Below are positions 12,571 to 26,000 of a stretch of DNA of 50,427 nt, one piece after another. A program made the translations under genes and the position numbers. This DNA is from Eremomyces bilateralis CBS 781.70 (Eukaryota): NCBI GenBank assembly GCA_010015585.1, contig ML975171.1; one strand, given 5' to 3'. The notes below the pieces were generated by a model. That model saw nothing but the letters and a program-made list of their open reading frames with translations. It was not told the DNA's origin and made no database searches. The first letter of the stretch is position 1. The number at the start of each line of letters is the position of its first letter.

Positions 12571-14665
12571 ATGCGGTCGTTACTACTTTTGGTCTCAACA
12601 CTCCTTACCTCCTCATTTGCCCTTCAGCTACCTTACGATCATATATTATGGGGACCTGGCGGTTTAGCAAGCGGTGGCTTCGTCCGTCGGCAAGCTAATA
12701 CCACGTCAAGCGCGGCTCCAACTACGACGAGTAGAGCGCCTGATTCTTCTTGCAAGAATGGTCCTTTGACAAGGAGTTGCTGGTCGAATGGATTTAGTAT
12801 CGCTACTGATTTTGACGAGAAATGGCCAAACACCGGGAAGACAGTCTATGTGAGTGGATCCAGGCAATGACTATAGTTTGCTTGGGTTTTCTAACCATTG
12901 TCCAGTATACGCTGGAACTGAGAAATACGACCTGTAATCCGGATGGGAATGGGGACCGCACTTGTCTGCTCTTCAACAATCAGCTCCCCGGTCCAACAAT
13001 CATCGCAGGTGCGTGGGTACTACTACTATTGTTTCAAGTCATCGATTAATGCCAAATGCAGATTGGGGAGATACCGTTGCTGTGACCGTGAAGAATCTCT
13101 TGCCTGATAACGGCACCTCGATCCACTGGCACGGAATCCGTATGCTAAACACAGTCACAGAAGATGGAGTCAATGGCATAACCGAATGTAGGGAACTCTT
13201 TTAGTCATGTTCCTTTGCGCTTTCTAACTCATCTAAGGCCCTCTTGCACCGGGTGACACCAAGATCTACACGTTCCGAGCTACACAGTTTGGCACAACAT
13301 GGTACCACAGCCATCACAGTGCGCAATACGGCGACGGCGCTGTCGGCACCGTCATCATCAATGGCCCTGCTGCGGCAAACTATGACATAGATCTGGGCAC
13401 GTACTCTGTCACGGATTGGTACTATCCCACCACATTTCAAATCAATGCCATTGCCCATCAAAACCTACAGGTTCAAGCACCGCCGCCACCAGGGGACACG
13501 ATCTTGATTAACGGCACGAACAAGCACCCTACTTCAGGCGGTGGGAGCTATAACAAAGTCAAGCTGACCCCAGGAAAGAAGTATCGCTTGAGATTAGCGA
13601 ACACGTCAGTCGACAGTAACATTCGAGTGTCACTGGACGGGCATAAAATGAAGATTATCACTGGAGATTTTATTCCAGTTCAGCCAATTGACAGAGAATG
13701 GATATTACTCGCCATAGGTAAGCCTTTCCCTCCCGGATTTAGTCCTATGGTTCTAATAGCATCCGTGTAGGGCAACGGTATGATGTTGTTATTCAAGCTA
13801 ACCAGCCTGTTGGGAACTACTGGTTCCGCGCTATCGCCGCAGCACCATGTGCATCAGCGAATCGATTCTCTGCGCTGAGCATATTCCAGTACGATGGAGC
13901 GCCGAACGCCGATCCAACCACGACCGGTTTTACGGTACCGACTACCTGCGCCGACGAAGCTCCGCTGGTTCCGTGGGTCAAGAACAACGTGCCTTCCGAG
14001 TCCTTCATTTCCCAGGCCCAGAACTTGGATGTGGACCTGGGTCGACAGCAGGTAACCACTAACGGCGAGAGCATTGTAAGTATCGGTCGTCCGGATAGCG
14101 AAATGGATCTCTGCTAAAATCGTGATAGGTTGTCTGGGCCGTGAACATGACGGCTATTGACGTTCAATGGGAGAAGCCAACCTTGCAGTACCTGATCGAC
14201 GGGAACACCGACTACCCCCAAGTTTCCAACCTGATCGAAATCCCCGCCGGTCAACAATGGACCTTCTGGATCATCCAAGAGACAGGCGGCACCGAGACAC
14301 GAGTCCCAATCCCCCATCCCATGCATCTTCATGGTCACGACTTCTACATCCTCGGCAGCGGCCAGGGCATCTTTGACAAAAACGTCAACGTCGCCGACCT
14401 CAAGTTCGATAACCCTGACCGCCGCGATGTCACGTTCCTCCCAGGAGGCGGATGGGTCGTGGTCGCGTTCCCGACCGACAACCCGGGTGCGTGGTTGATG
14501 CACTGTCATATCGCGTGGCATATCGGCGAAGGACTTGGCGTACAGTTCTTGGAGCGGAAGAGTGAGATCACTCTGCCTGGATCGGCATGGCAGCAGACCT
14601 GCACGAACTGGAAGACGTACTACAACGGAAATCCGGCTTGGCTGAAGGATGATTCGGGGCTGTGA
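12571..14665 (+). CDS. Secreted laccase (multicopper oxidase, AA1), multi-exon
   Basis: Signal peptide and propeptide (VRR). All four Cu-binding motifs are present: HWHG (~13123), WYHSH (~13300), HPMHLHGH and HCHIAWH. The C-terminus DSGL is characteristic of ascomycete laccases. Several GT-AG introns (e.g. 12850-12905, 13718-13770). Confidence 0.95.
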
Positions 14666-15601
14666 GGTGATATCGACGGCAGGGGGGCGCTGCAGAGCAT
14701 AAAATATTGGTGTCTGATAGGTTTCTGATGCATTAATAACCGGCCGCAATTACGGTAGACGATGACAGAGCTGAGCAGAGGGAGTAGCGCACAATGGATT
14801 CTTGCTCTTATTGTACATTTGTACTCGATGGAGGAAGGCATATATACTAACCTAGCAATATAACCCGCCTTATAAACAAGCATGCAACCCCTTTTGTTAT
14901 ATCCGCACTTTATGATGACATGCCGGGAATATCCCACTCCTACAGCCACATTTTCCTCTAAATAGAGATCGGCGTTCTAGACCGGAGGTGCAGCTGGCGA
15001 AGGAACTAAGAAATCGACATCGATACTATTGTACTCACTGTCAGATGTCAACTGTGCCACCTTAAACCTTTGGATAATCCTTTGTTGAGTTGTTGTACGG
15101 TTGGGATCTTCGGATTCCCTGAATTCCGCCCTTTTATTGATCCTTTACATGGTTTGGTTCACCAGAACAATCCAAACCAAATTCGTATCGCTCCACATCG
15201 TCGCCACCTGAATTCTTTGTCGACCAAGACACTACTACGACTCCAAGAACCAAGACCGCTCGATCTCATTAATCCCCAATGCACTCCCTTTGATCGCCTT
15301 GGTTTGGTCTTCAATCCTGCTTCGGGCGCAGAGCCACAATGGATATCTAACAGTACTCCTTCCCCGTGGTGGGAGCACCTGTTCACCCTCCGTCGCACGC
15401 GCGCATTCGCGTATACATTCACCTATACGTAACTTCGGTGAAGCGGCTTACGCGACAGGCGATTCCATCATCGACAACTGAATTCGCCTTGATTTGGACT
15501 ATGGCATCCTACGATATATCCTGACGCGATTTGCCACGCATATCCTACCTCCGACACGGCATTGCCTCTTCCCTACCCTCTCTCTCTGCGACACAATCAC
15601 A

Positions 15602-18600
15602 ATGGCGTGGAACATTCTGGGAAGATGGAGCGTCAGCGTAGACAAGATGAGACCTTGGTTTCGCTGGATTCCGAAGGTCCAATTGCCGCGGTTCCATCAT
15701 CTCAATTTCATTCTGATCCATTGTATGCGAACAAGCCCCGGGGGATTGGAAGGACCTTGCTGACCGGATACGACTAGACCTTTATATAATTGGCATGGCA
15801 TTAATCGGCTCGCTTATCCTTGCCGGAATCGGGAAATTCTCCTATGTCGATATGCTCTTCTTCTCCTCTGGTGGCGCGACGCAGGCTGGTCTCAACACGT
15901 ATGGTCTAAGGAAAGCTTGTACAGATCCGAATGCTAACGCGCACTATTTAGAGTCGACGTCAACCAGTTGTTCCTATATCAGCAGGTTAGTGCCCTGCAG
16001 TACATTCACCACATAGCTCGCTCACTAAACAATTGTAGATTACAATCTATATGCTGGCAATGATCTGCAACCCCATTGTGATCCACTCGGCAGTTGTCTT
16101 CATTCGGCTCTACTGGTTCGAAAAGCGCTTTCAGAACGTCGTCCGCGAAGCTAGAACATTGCGAAGGCAGCGGACAATCTCACGGACAAGAAGCGAATTG
16201 CGACCAGACCGCGATATGGACGGAGAAGAACGAGGCGTGGGCTTCCGAAAGATCAACGTCCTCCGAAATCGAAATGGCGTCGCCGAGGGAAGGAATATCG
16301 ATAGTGATATGACCGAGAAGGAAGAAATCCCCGAGTCTGCCGCCAAGAAGTTGGCGGAATCCTCCTCGAGCAACAGCGATGGCCATGGGCCCGAAAACAG
16401 AAGCGACGATGACATAGCGATAGTCGATGACGACGAACCGGTTGAGAGTCGATTCAACAGACAACATCAACGAGATATCATCTTTGCCGACGAAGTTGCG
16501 CCGGATGAACCAGATCCTAGCACAAGCGAGCGGATCCCTGAGCGCAGAACCACCGAGCAGCATATCGCATTTCTTGAAAACCAGCGAAACCCCAATAACA
16601 AAACGACTCTCCGGATCCCCGGTCCTCGGGACTTTGAACGCGGCGAAGCAGTCCGGACTGTTGAGGAGGGCGACGAAGACAACGAGTTAACCAGGCTAGA
16701 CACGGGAGACGACGGCTCTCCGGGCAAGAAGCGAAGGAAAAGCTCCTATGGACCAGCCGAGTTGAATGGCGACGACCATCCTGTACGACGGCATATCACA
16801 ATCGATGACCCTAGAAGAGCAAATCACAACACGCAAGGTCGCTCCATCTACCCACGCGCGCCCGGTAGGCGCAGCTTTCGGGAGGACGCCATGTCCCCGA
16901 TTACTCTTGGAAGCATCCGAACTCGCACCTTTTCCAATTTTCTCACCAAATCGAAGACTGAGGACCGAGATCCTCTACCGTATTTCAGTTGGACCGCCAC
17001 CATTGGAAGGAACTCGACATTTGTGGATCTTAGCGAGGAACAACGAGACCAACTAGGAGGCATTGAATACCGTTCTCTGAAGACCTTGGCTTGGGTCTTG
17101 ATTTGTAAGTGACGATACCTATCCCTTATTTGATTGTTGCTCATATCCTAGGTTATTTTGTTGGATTCCACCTTTTTGGCATGTTCATCCTTTTGCCATG
17201 GATCATCGAAACAACCCATTATACAGATATTGTGCGAGCAGCTGGTGCAAAACCTTCTTGGTGGTAAGTTCGGCCCCCTTCAATGTCGACCTCACTAATT
17301 CTTTATAAGGGGCATATTCACTCCTGCGTCGCTATTCAATGACCTTGGCCTTACTCTCACTCCGGATTCAATGGTGTCTTTCAACAAGTCCCCTCTGGTC
17401 TTGCTTTTGGGAACATTCTTGATCATCATCGGAAACACAGGATTCCCCTGCATGCTACGCTTCGTCATCTGGGCTGCATCGAAATGCGTTCCACGCGGAA
17501 GCGCCATTTGGGAGGAACTGCAGTTTTTGCTCGATCATCCCCGCCGTTGCTTCACCCTTCTCTTCCCTAAAGCTGCGACATGGTGGCTGTTTTTCGTGGT
17601 TATTCTCCTCAATGTCGTCGACCTTATCTTCTTTATCATTCTGGACCTCAACGCCGAAGTTGTGGTAGCACTGCCTCCTGGTTTCAAATTCCTCGACGGC
17701 CTCTTTCAAGCCGCATCCACGCGTACGGCGGGCTTCGCTGTTGTCAATCTTGGACAGTTGCATCCTGCTATTCAGGTCTCCTACCTTATTATGATGTACA
17801 TCTCCGTCTTCCCTATCGCGATTTCGATCCGTCGGACCAATGTGTACGAAGAGAAGTCATTAGGGGTCTATCCCGGCGGCCAATTGGAACCAGATGAGGA
17901 CGGCCGCTCCCCTTCTTATATCGGTGCGCATTTGCGGCGTCAGCTATCCTTCGACCTCTGGTTCGTGTTCTTGGGTCTATTCTTCATATGCATCATCGAA
18001 GGCGACCGGCTCCTGCAAACCAAGGACAACGATTACACCTTCACCACCTTCGCCGTCCTCTTCGAGATCGTGTCCGCCTACGGCACAGTCGGCCTCTCCC
18101 TCGGTTATCCTAGCGCAAACACTTCCTTCTGCGGCCAGTTCCGGACCCTTAGCAAGCTGGTCCTCATCGCTATGATGATCCGCGGTCGTCATCGTGGCCT
18201 CCCATATGCTCTCGATCGCGCCATCCTCCTCCCATCCGAGTCGCTACAAAGAAAAGAGCAAGAAGATGCCGATCTCCGCGCAGCGGCTGTTAACACGACC
18301 TCTCGACGAAACAGTAAGTCTAGCGCAAGCGCCGCCAGCGGGTTCATGGCCCATCCAGACATGCCTGACACGCCATACGAGAAATCCCAAGGCGATGATG
18401 CGGATGCTCATACGGCTTTGGGTGATATTGCGTCTGAGGGGTTGGACCATGCTCGCAGTCATATGACAGGTATCACAGGCCGGTCGATGAGCAGGCGGGG
18501 GAGTGAGATGGATCCGGAGAGTAGTAGGGACGCAACGCCCAGTCGGCGACGGCGCGCCACACACATCCTTACCGGTGCACTTAGCACGACTCCCGCACTT

Positions 18601-18618
18601 CGGAGGAAGATGGCATAG
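15602..18618 (+). CDS. TRK1: Trk-family potassium transporter, multi-exon
   Basis: Pore-loop motifs SGGATQAGLNT, FNDLGLTL, FQAASTRTAGF and FEIVSAYGTVGLSLGY. Also LGGIEYRSLK, IRGRHRGLPYALDRAILLP and a long hydrophilic loop. Multiple short introns. Confidence 0.93.
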
Positions 18619-19587
18619 AATACGTTGTTTGACGTGCTTTATTTGCCCTCATAGCATGATGGATCGGCATCTCATTCTGAACGCTCTGATGATGGTCACG
18701 ATTTATGATGAGTTTTTATGCGGCGGATCTACTGTTGTTGTTTCTAGCATAGATTGCATTGCTCGCGCAAAACCGTGGTGTGGATACATCCATGGTACTC
18801 CCAATCACGTTGGTAGTTCAGCGAACGTGTGCTTACCATGTTCTTCTATGGTTCTTCGTTGTGAAATCATGAACAGGAAAATCACGCAGTGAAGTGGTAA
18901 AAGGGCTATTCACGGTCAGCCTATGTTTAGGATAGACAATATCGAGAGTCCCAATGTGTACCTTAGTAAGGTAGCTCTGAAAGCTTAGATCGTAGCTCAT
19001 ACAAGTCCTTAAGGTAAACCATCCCATACTGCGCCTCTATTAATCCGATACGCTTCGTATATGTTCCTTTTTCCATAGGCTGGAGACGCGTAGTATGGTA
19101 AAGCCCGCCAATGATTCCACGATAAGGGATGAAACCTGGCAGTCAATTTCACTCGCAAATCCACCATGCAATATAAATCACCTCCAAGAAATTCCCCTCA
19201 TCAAATGTCCTTCTGATCACTAATGCCACTGCCTGGCCCTGGGGTAGCAAAGCATGTACTCCTGCAACTGTGTCCAGTACCTAGACAGCACTTGATCCTG
19301 GACATAAGTCTTGAGTCGTCTTCTAAAATGGGTACCGGACACAATCCGAACGAAGCCACGTCGCAATGGATTGCTTTTAGGCGTGAATCGAATAGCGTTG
19401 GTAGAACCTGTAGACTATATGAAGGAGAGAAAGTGACACACCCAGTGAGTGTGCGACATGATCCAACAATCTATCTATCCTATAACGAAATTTGCAAACG
19501 AGTGACTGTTTAGAAGTACATAGACGACCGTGTTGATTACAGTGCAGTGCCAGAAGTTCTAGAGACGTAAAGCCGACCTTGGTCGTG

Positions 19588-22258
19588 TCAGACAATTTGC
19601 CGTGCCAGTGCTTCTGTAGCGAATTGAAGCCATTCGGCTGCAAGAACCCAGTCGTCCCCGTAGGCGAAAACGATCTCTTGCATGTCATGTATGCGAAAGA
19701 CTTGGATGAGGCCAAGGTCCTCACATGGCATCATCTTTTCCTTGATCGATTGAATCTCCTGGAGATCCCTCTTCTCGACCTCGCTGGCAGGCCGAAGACG
19801 AAGTTTCTTCTGCAGTTTGTAAATCCCAGCACCGTCCGTATGCATTTTAACAAAACATTCATGGCGGTGAAGAATAGCAATTCGATTCTCCCGGTGCTGG
19901 CGAGCAATGGTTGGCCAGCTGGGGCCGAAGAAAGTCTCGAAGGATTCGGGAGTATCCAGCCCAGCACCGATCAGCTCCCAGAGAGGGGGCAAAAATGCTT
20001 TGCACCTAGACCCGTGAAGTCAGTAGGTAGTCTCACATGAAACCGTGTGGTATTACGCGCGAGGGTTTGTGCAGTGCATCGGCCATTGAACTTGAGATTG
20101 CCGAGATAATGAGAACGTACTTGCTGAATTCAGGATCCTTTTTGCCAAAATTGCGCAGTCCTGGCATCTTTCGCGCAAGCTTGCGAGCAGCAGGGTCCAC
20201 CGGGGCGTTCTCAGTATAGAACTTGTTGACCGCACTCAATTCAGGGCAACAGTACATATCTAAGCTGGTAAAGAGTCTTCTCCGGCATTTTCTCCCATGT
20301 TGTTCCCGGTCCCGGCGCTGACACCGACGAGAGCAGTAGAATACCTTCTTGCAACGGCACAGTTTCAGGGGCCGTTTTAGAGTTGCTTCACGCTTTTTGC
20401 AACTCTGACACACTCGAGTAGGGCCCCGAAGGTGCTTACATTGGTAGTCGGGAGCTCCCTCTTTTGGTTTTTTCTTGCCCCTTTCCTTTCCTGTCGGACT
20501 CTCCTCTCTGAGTGCATCGCTGCTGGTATGGTGGTCGTCCAATTCCTCCATGTTGAGATGCTCCTCGTTGGGGCTATGTCGATGAGGTTCCTCTTCGTTG
20601 GAGCCCTCTCCGCTGGGGGGTTCTCCGCTGGGGTCTTTCCCGCTGAGGTCTTCTCGATTTGGGTCCTTCGGGCTCTCTTTGCTAGCCACCTCAGGGCGCT
20701 TTTCCGTTCCCTCCCTCCTGCGTCGTGGTGGCACACGCTTGAAGCACACCCCACTATGCGTTGCGGCCTCGAACCGTAAGCAGACCCTGGAACAGTACCA
20801 TATTCTTTGACAATAACGGCAGGGAAAGAGCTCCAGTTCCTCTGGTGTAGATGCACTCTTGCACACAGTACAGTTGGTAGGAATAGGAGTAGGTTCGTGT
20901 TGAGTCAAGCTCGGTCGCTCCACTTTGACTGTCGGCGGTTCTCGCGCTTTGCTCTTTCTACTGATTTCGGGCCCTGGATCCGGCTTCGAAGAGCTTGTTT
21001 CCCCAGTTTCCCGACTCTGTTCGGGTGAATCCCCTAACTCTTCCCCACTGGTCTCGGGCCAAGAACCAGGAGCAGCCTTCGACGAGCTTTCTATGGTCAT
21101 TGGCTGCTTAGGCGCCTGTCTCTGGTTTGACTTGTGCGCTGACTTGTGCAGTAGTCCTCGTTTGGGTGGCCTTAGGAGCATCAGCAAAATGGGAAAGGCA
21201 CCTAGGTCCCAAATTTTATCGTTCACGCCGTTTTCGCTGGGGTCGAGTATTTTTGCGCAAGCCCCTCGAAACCTCGGGCTTACAAACAATTCTTCTAGGA
21301 AATCCGGCGATTTCGATAACTTTTGTGAGAGTGAAATCGTAACGTCATCAGTCCCTAGAGCTTTGGTGCTGAACATCGGGTCGTCTGGAGTACATCCGAA
21401 TAATTCCTGGATCGTGGTTCGCAGTCCCTCCGGAATACGTCCTGCCCTGGAGCTGTAAGAGGCAGTGGGATTTGCGGCATGAGACCGTCTCGGTAGCCAC
21501 ATAGGGGAATGACTTTGGGTATTATCGAAAATCGCGAATGATGCCTCAACACCCACCTCTGTGCCTTGGGCATTGTCGAACATTGGGAATGATGCTTCAA
21601 CATCCACCTCTGTTCCGTGGGGACTAACAACCATCGAGACTTCTGCTTCAATATCAACCTCGGTATTTTGGGGATCATCGAATATCGAGAAACTGGCTTC
21701 AATATCGGCCTTAGTGCTTTCGGGATCATCAAACATAGACAATCCTGCTTCAATATCGATATCGGTGCTTTGGGGATCGTCCATCGTCGTGCAGGCCGTT
21801 TCGGCATCGGCCTGGAGATTCTGTCCCGCGATATCGTCTTGAGGTTCGATGACAATGTGAGGAAGCTTTTTGATTCCCACCTCTTCCATTACCTGCCCAA
21901 GACACGCAGCAAATTCGGCCGTTCGGGTTTCGAGAATGTACGGAGCAAATCTTCCAGATATGAGAACACGGTTAGACCGGACACCGGAAGCGATTCTCTT
22001 CCCGGGGAATAGGAAATTGTATATAAGTCTATCAACAACGACTTTTGCCAGTTCTATGGAGCCCTCCTCTGGAAGCTCAACAATGGCGCGGGATTGAAAC
22101 TGAACCGCCGCTGAGCATTTCTGCGTGAAATGGATTCGTCCCGTGTTCTCTTCGATCCGATTGATTTCGATGTGCCAGTGGTTCTCACTCCCATCGGTGA
22201 GGAATCGTGGGCGTGGTAGACGATTATACAGCCCCGCTTCGGATTTCCAATCCACCAT
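19588..22258 (-). CDS. Hypothetical protein with two MYND-type zinc fingers (exons 22258-20121, 20005-19588)
   Basis: CTVC..CRYCQRIWYCSRVC..HSGVC and CQSC..CRCKKVFYCSRRCQRRDREQHGRKC. Intron 20120-20006 (GTACGT..CTGAC..TAG) joins the 744-aa ORF to ORF 19588-19992 in frame. The start codon (MVDW) is inferred. Confidence 0.75.
21512..21781 (-). repeat. Degenerate 51-bp (17-aa) coding tandem repeat, ~5.3 units
   Basis: DDPQSTDIDIEAGLSMF / DDPESTKADIEASFSIF / DDPQNTEVDIEAEVSMV / VSPHGTEVDVEASFPMF / DNAQGTEVGVEASFAIF / DNTQS. Confidence 0.85.
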
Positions 22259-23017
22259 GATGAACAATTGGACTTTTGATAATGGGTATGGGTAAGGATA
22301 AAGCGAAGGTCAGGTAACGATGCGTATGATAACGATGGACGAAATTGTGCAGATGCAGCTGAAATGCAGTGGAAAGGAGAACAATTGAAAATCACCGATT
22401 GAATCTTTGTTGACGTTTGTTGAGACAGGTCGCAGGGTAAGGTGCGATCCAGGAGTCGGCATGCCGACTTCTCCATACGACCTCGCAGGGAGGAACACCA
22501 TCCAGCTGAGCTATTAGACAATGTTAAGAAGTATGGCATAAGAGAGGCGACCTGTGTTGTGGTTATCTGGTTTGACATATCATGCTATATCATGTATAGA
22601 TAAATCCCCATCAATTGACAAACATTTGACACGGTTGACGGGAAAACGAGACGAGATTATGTATGTATTTGACTCATGATGTGCTAAAAGAATGCGTACA
22701 CCAGCGCTGAATATAAAAAAGGCAACTCCAGAGACTCCACGACTTCCATTTATACCCACAATGAATCGCAATATCAGCGTGAAAGAAGGACGTTGAACTC
22801 CATGGTGTCTCGCCGCTATGCTCACCCCGCAACAAGCAAATCATGATATGGTCGTTATGTTTGACATCATCTGTAGTCATCGCCAAACGAATAGGCTTTC
22901 GTATGGGCAGCATGGGGTATCTTCAAATCAAAGCATCATCATACCAATCGTCTGCGGTCAAACCTGAATGGTCTCCTGAATGGTCTCCTGAATCATGTGC
23001 AACTCAACGCCACATCT

Positions 23018-26000
23018 TCAAGGAATACTCTCGATCTCATCTCTCGCTCTCAAATACTTCGTTGCCAGCGAATCACCTCCCTTGCGACTCATCTCCATCC
23101 AATGCTGCGCAACGCACATGGTCATCGGATCGCTTCTCGCGGGATCTTCGCGCTTACGGTCCCTCGCGCTAAGCAGCTCCGATTTGAACACCTTTCCAGG
23201 TGGCGTGAGCGGCAAGACGGTTCGGGGAAGTAGGTCAGGATGAGTGAGGTACAGAATGGCCAACTCTCGCTCTGCAGCAGCGTCTCCTTCTTTGGCGGTA
23301 ATGATGAGCATGCGTGCTGCATCGGACATCGTGAAACGTGATACTGGATCTGCTGGCTGAGAGGCACTTGAGGGTCCGGAGGCATCGTTGGATACCGGGT
23401 GTTCCGTCGAGGCGGGGGGAGAAGCAGATGCATTGTTTGCAGTTGCCAGTGTATTGCCAGCGCTAGCAGCTGCGGACGTACGATTTTGAGTGTTTGCTGC
23501 CACGATATCGTCCGCGATCTCCACCATGAGCCGACAGACGTCCTCTTTGAGTCCAAGCGCAGCGAGCCCGGCGTCCCAAAATGCCTTGCCTTTCGCACTA
23601 CGATCCAGCTGCTGTGCAGGAACGAAGGCAGCAATGTATTGCAGGTCGCGAAAAAGCGTTCTGGGTCGAATTTCCGCGTCGCTGAAGAGGTGCTGCATGA
23701 CTTCAACGATCATATCCATAGATGGAATGGAAGATCCACGCTGGGACGGCTCTGGTGAGCGACGGTGACCTGCCTGAGAAGACAACGGGTCTGAACTTCG
23801 AAGGGCGGTGGGAGATTTTGGTGAAGTGACCACGCCATTTGCGGAAGTCGTCATGCTGTGTGAACGACGCTCCGCACAGTTCTGGATGGCCTCCTGGAGA
23901 TTCTGAGCGGTGGTCACACCAGGCACGGCTGAGGTCCGGCCAGCCATGCTAAGCTCCCGCGCCCCTGCCGTCACGGTAGCGGCGGCTTGGGTCGACACAT
24001 TGCCTCTTTCTTGATCTCGTCGCACACTGCCAAGCTGCCGCCCTGTCTTTGCCGATAACTGAGCGACAATGAGCTGCTCCAGCTCGTACAGCGCTTCGAG
24101 CTTCGCGAAAGGACTTGGGTGCCTCGCAAATTTAGCCAGGAGCCCGCGGAAAGCGGTCTGGTATGGAAAGTCGTTGGGATCGTCACGCTTGAGCTGTAGT
24201 AGGCTTGAAGCTACGACTGCAGATGACCGGTTGGCTTCACTCGAGCTGGTCGAGTACTCGCCGGCGGATATAGAGTCGGCTGCCGCGGCATTCGTGCTAG
24301 CATGGTGTAATGTTGAAACTGGCGGGGCAGGATCACTCCGCTCACCCCGCCCGAGCGTTTCCAGTGGATAGCTTCCGCGGTTATGTGAGTGTGTCTCCTG
24401 TCTCAACTGCTCGTTCTTGGCTTTTAGGTTCCGCATGCTCTTCTTCTTCTTCATGCGCCGCTTTTTCCTATCTTCTTCTTCTTTGCGTTGAAGGCATTCT
24501 GTGCCTAAATCACCTGAGAACCAGGAGTCCGTTTCCGCACCGGAATGGAAGACTAGTGAGCCGAGATCCGAGAGGAGGAGACCCGTCAGTGACCTTTTAA
24601 GCGTCAAAAGAAACATTCGCTTGCCTTCATTGAGTGGCGACGCGGGCTTGAGGATGGTCGTCGTGCTCTTCATGGATGAAGATGTTCCCGGCCGACGTCC
24701 GGGACCGGACGGAGAGATGGCTGCATCTTGTTTCGGTGCAAGCGAGAATGGGGACCAAAACGTCACGTTCAAGTCGATGCTGATCGACAGGGATCCCAAG
24801 CCAAAATAATCCGGAGAGTCCATCAGATGGCCTGTACCCCATTTGCTCGAGTCGATGCTCTGTTGCGATATGTTTGCGGCACTTAAACCTCGGAGACTGC
24901 TGGCGGTCTGCGCAGTGCCTGGACGGGACTGCGAAGACGATTGCGTCCTGCCAGGAGTAACCAGGCCATCACTGCCATCATCTAGTCCCATTCCAATCAT
25001 ACCCGTCCACCAGTCACCTTTGCCTTTTCCATCCAAAAGCGCACGATCACGACGGTAGAGTTCGCTGCTCCAAAGGACCGGCCCATCCATGATGCCATCG
25101 CCGATGATTTTGTTGACACATTTCTCGATTTCCAGGGTGAATCGATGAATGCGTTCTTCACCTTTGCAGAAATTCTCCACGCCCCCTTGTCGAAGCCAGT
25201 TCGCTGTCATATCACTTTGCTCATCCGTAAGCTTGTTCAAGCCACCCTGATCCGGTCCGGCAGCGAGTAGGTCCAGAGTCTGCGCTTCAGTCTTCACGAG
25301 AAACTCGTTGCCGGAAGATTGCCTTCCGAGACCTCGAGCTCGCGCCATGGCGACTGCAGTGAGCCCATGGGAGAATGAGTTCTTGGCCTGGGCGACAGCA
25401 TCGGTGCCCGAAGCAGGAGCATCACCAGGCATCAGTGGAACTTGCCCCATGATTCTCAACGCGACCGCCACGTTCCGCGCGTTCTCGTAACCCGCGCTAT
25501 TCTTCACATCAGTGACATACCACATCTTGTCACGCAAGTCATTCACGCTTTCCATCATCTCATCGATGCGGCCTTCAAGGCGTTCATCGGCCATAGTGAG
25601 CCAGTCGATCCATCGATCGAGGACACGCATGGTGGTTCCTGCGCGCGCCAATGCTTCCCGTGGTCCTCGCGAGAACATGTGCAGCAATGCAGCATAGTTG
25701 TTGCGAGTTAAGGACGACGATGAGATTGATCGGAGTTGGAGGATGGTATTGTGGTACGTGCTTGCACTGATGTAGTCTGAGCTCAGGGCCGAGGCATGAT
25801 AGGCCGACTCCAACATGGAGAGCAGAAGCGAAGGTGGATGTGTACGGTTGTCCGATGGCTCGGGGGTATGACGATGAGCTCCACCAGAATTGGTTCCAGT
25901 AGATTGATGGCGGGACGGGGTATATGACTGTGGACCTGATTGAGATTGGTCATGGATCCCACTTGCATGGTAAGGATTCTTCGATCCTTCAATCGATCGA

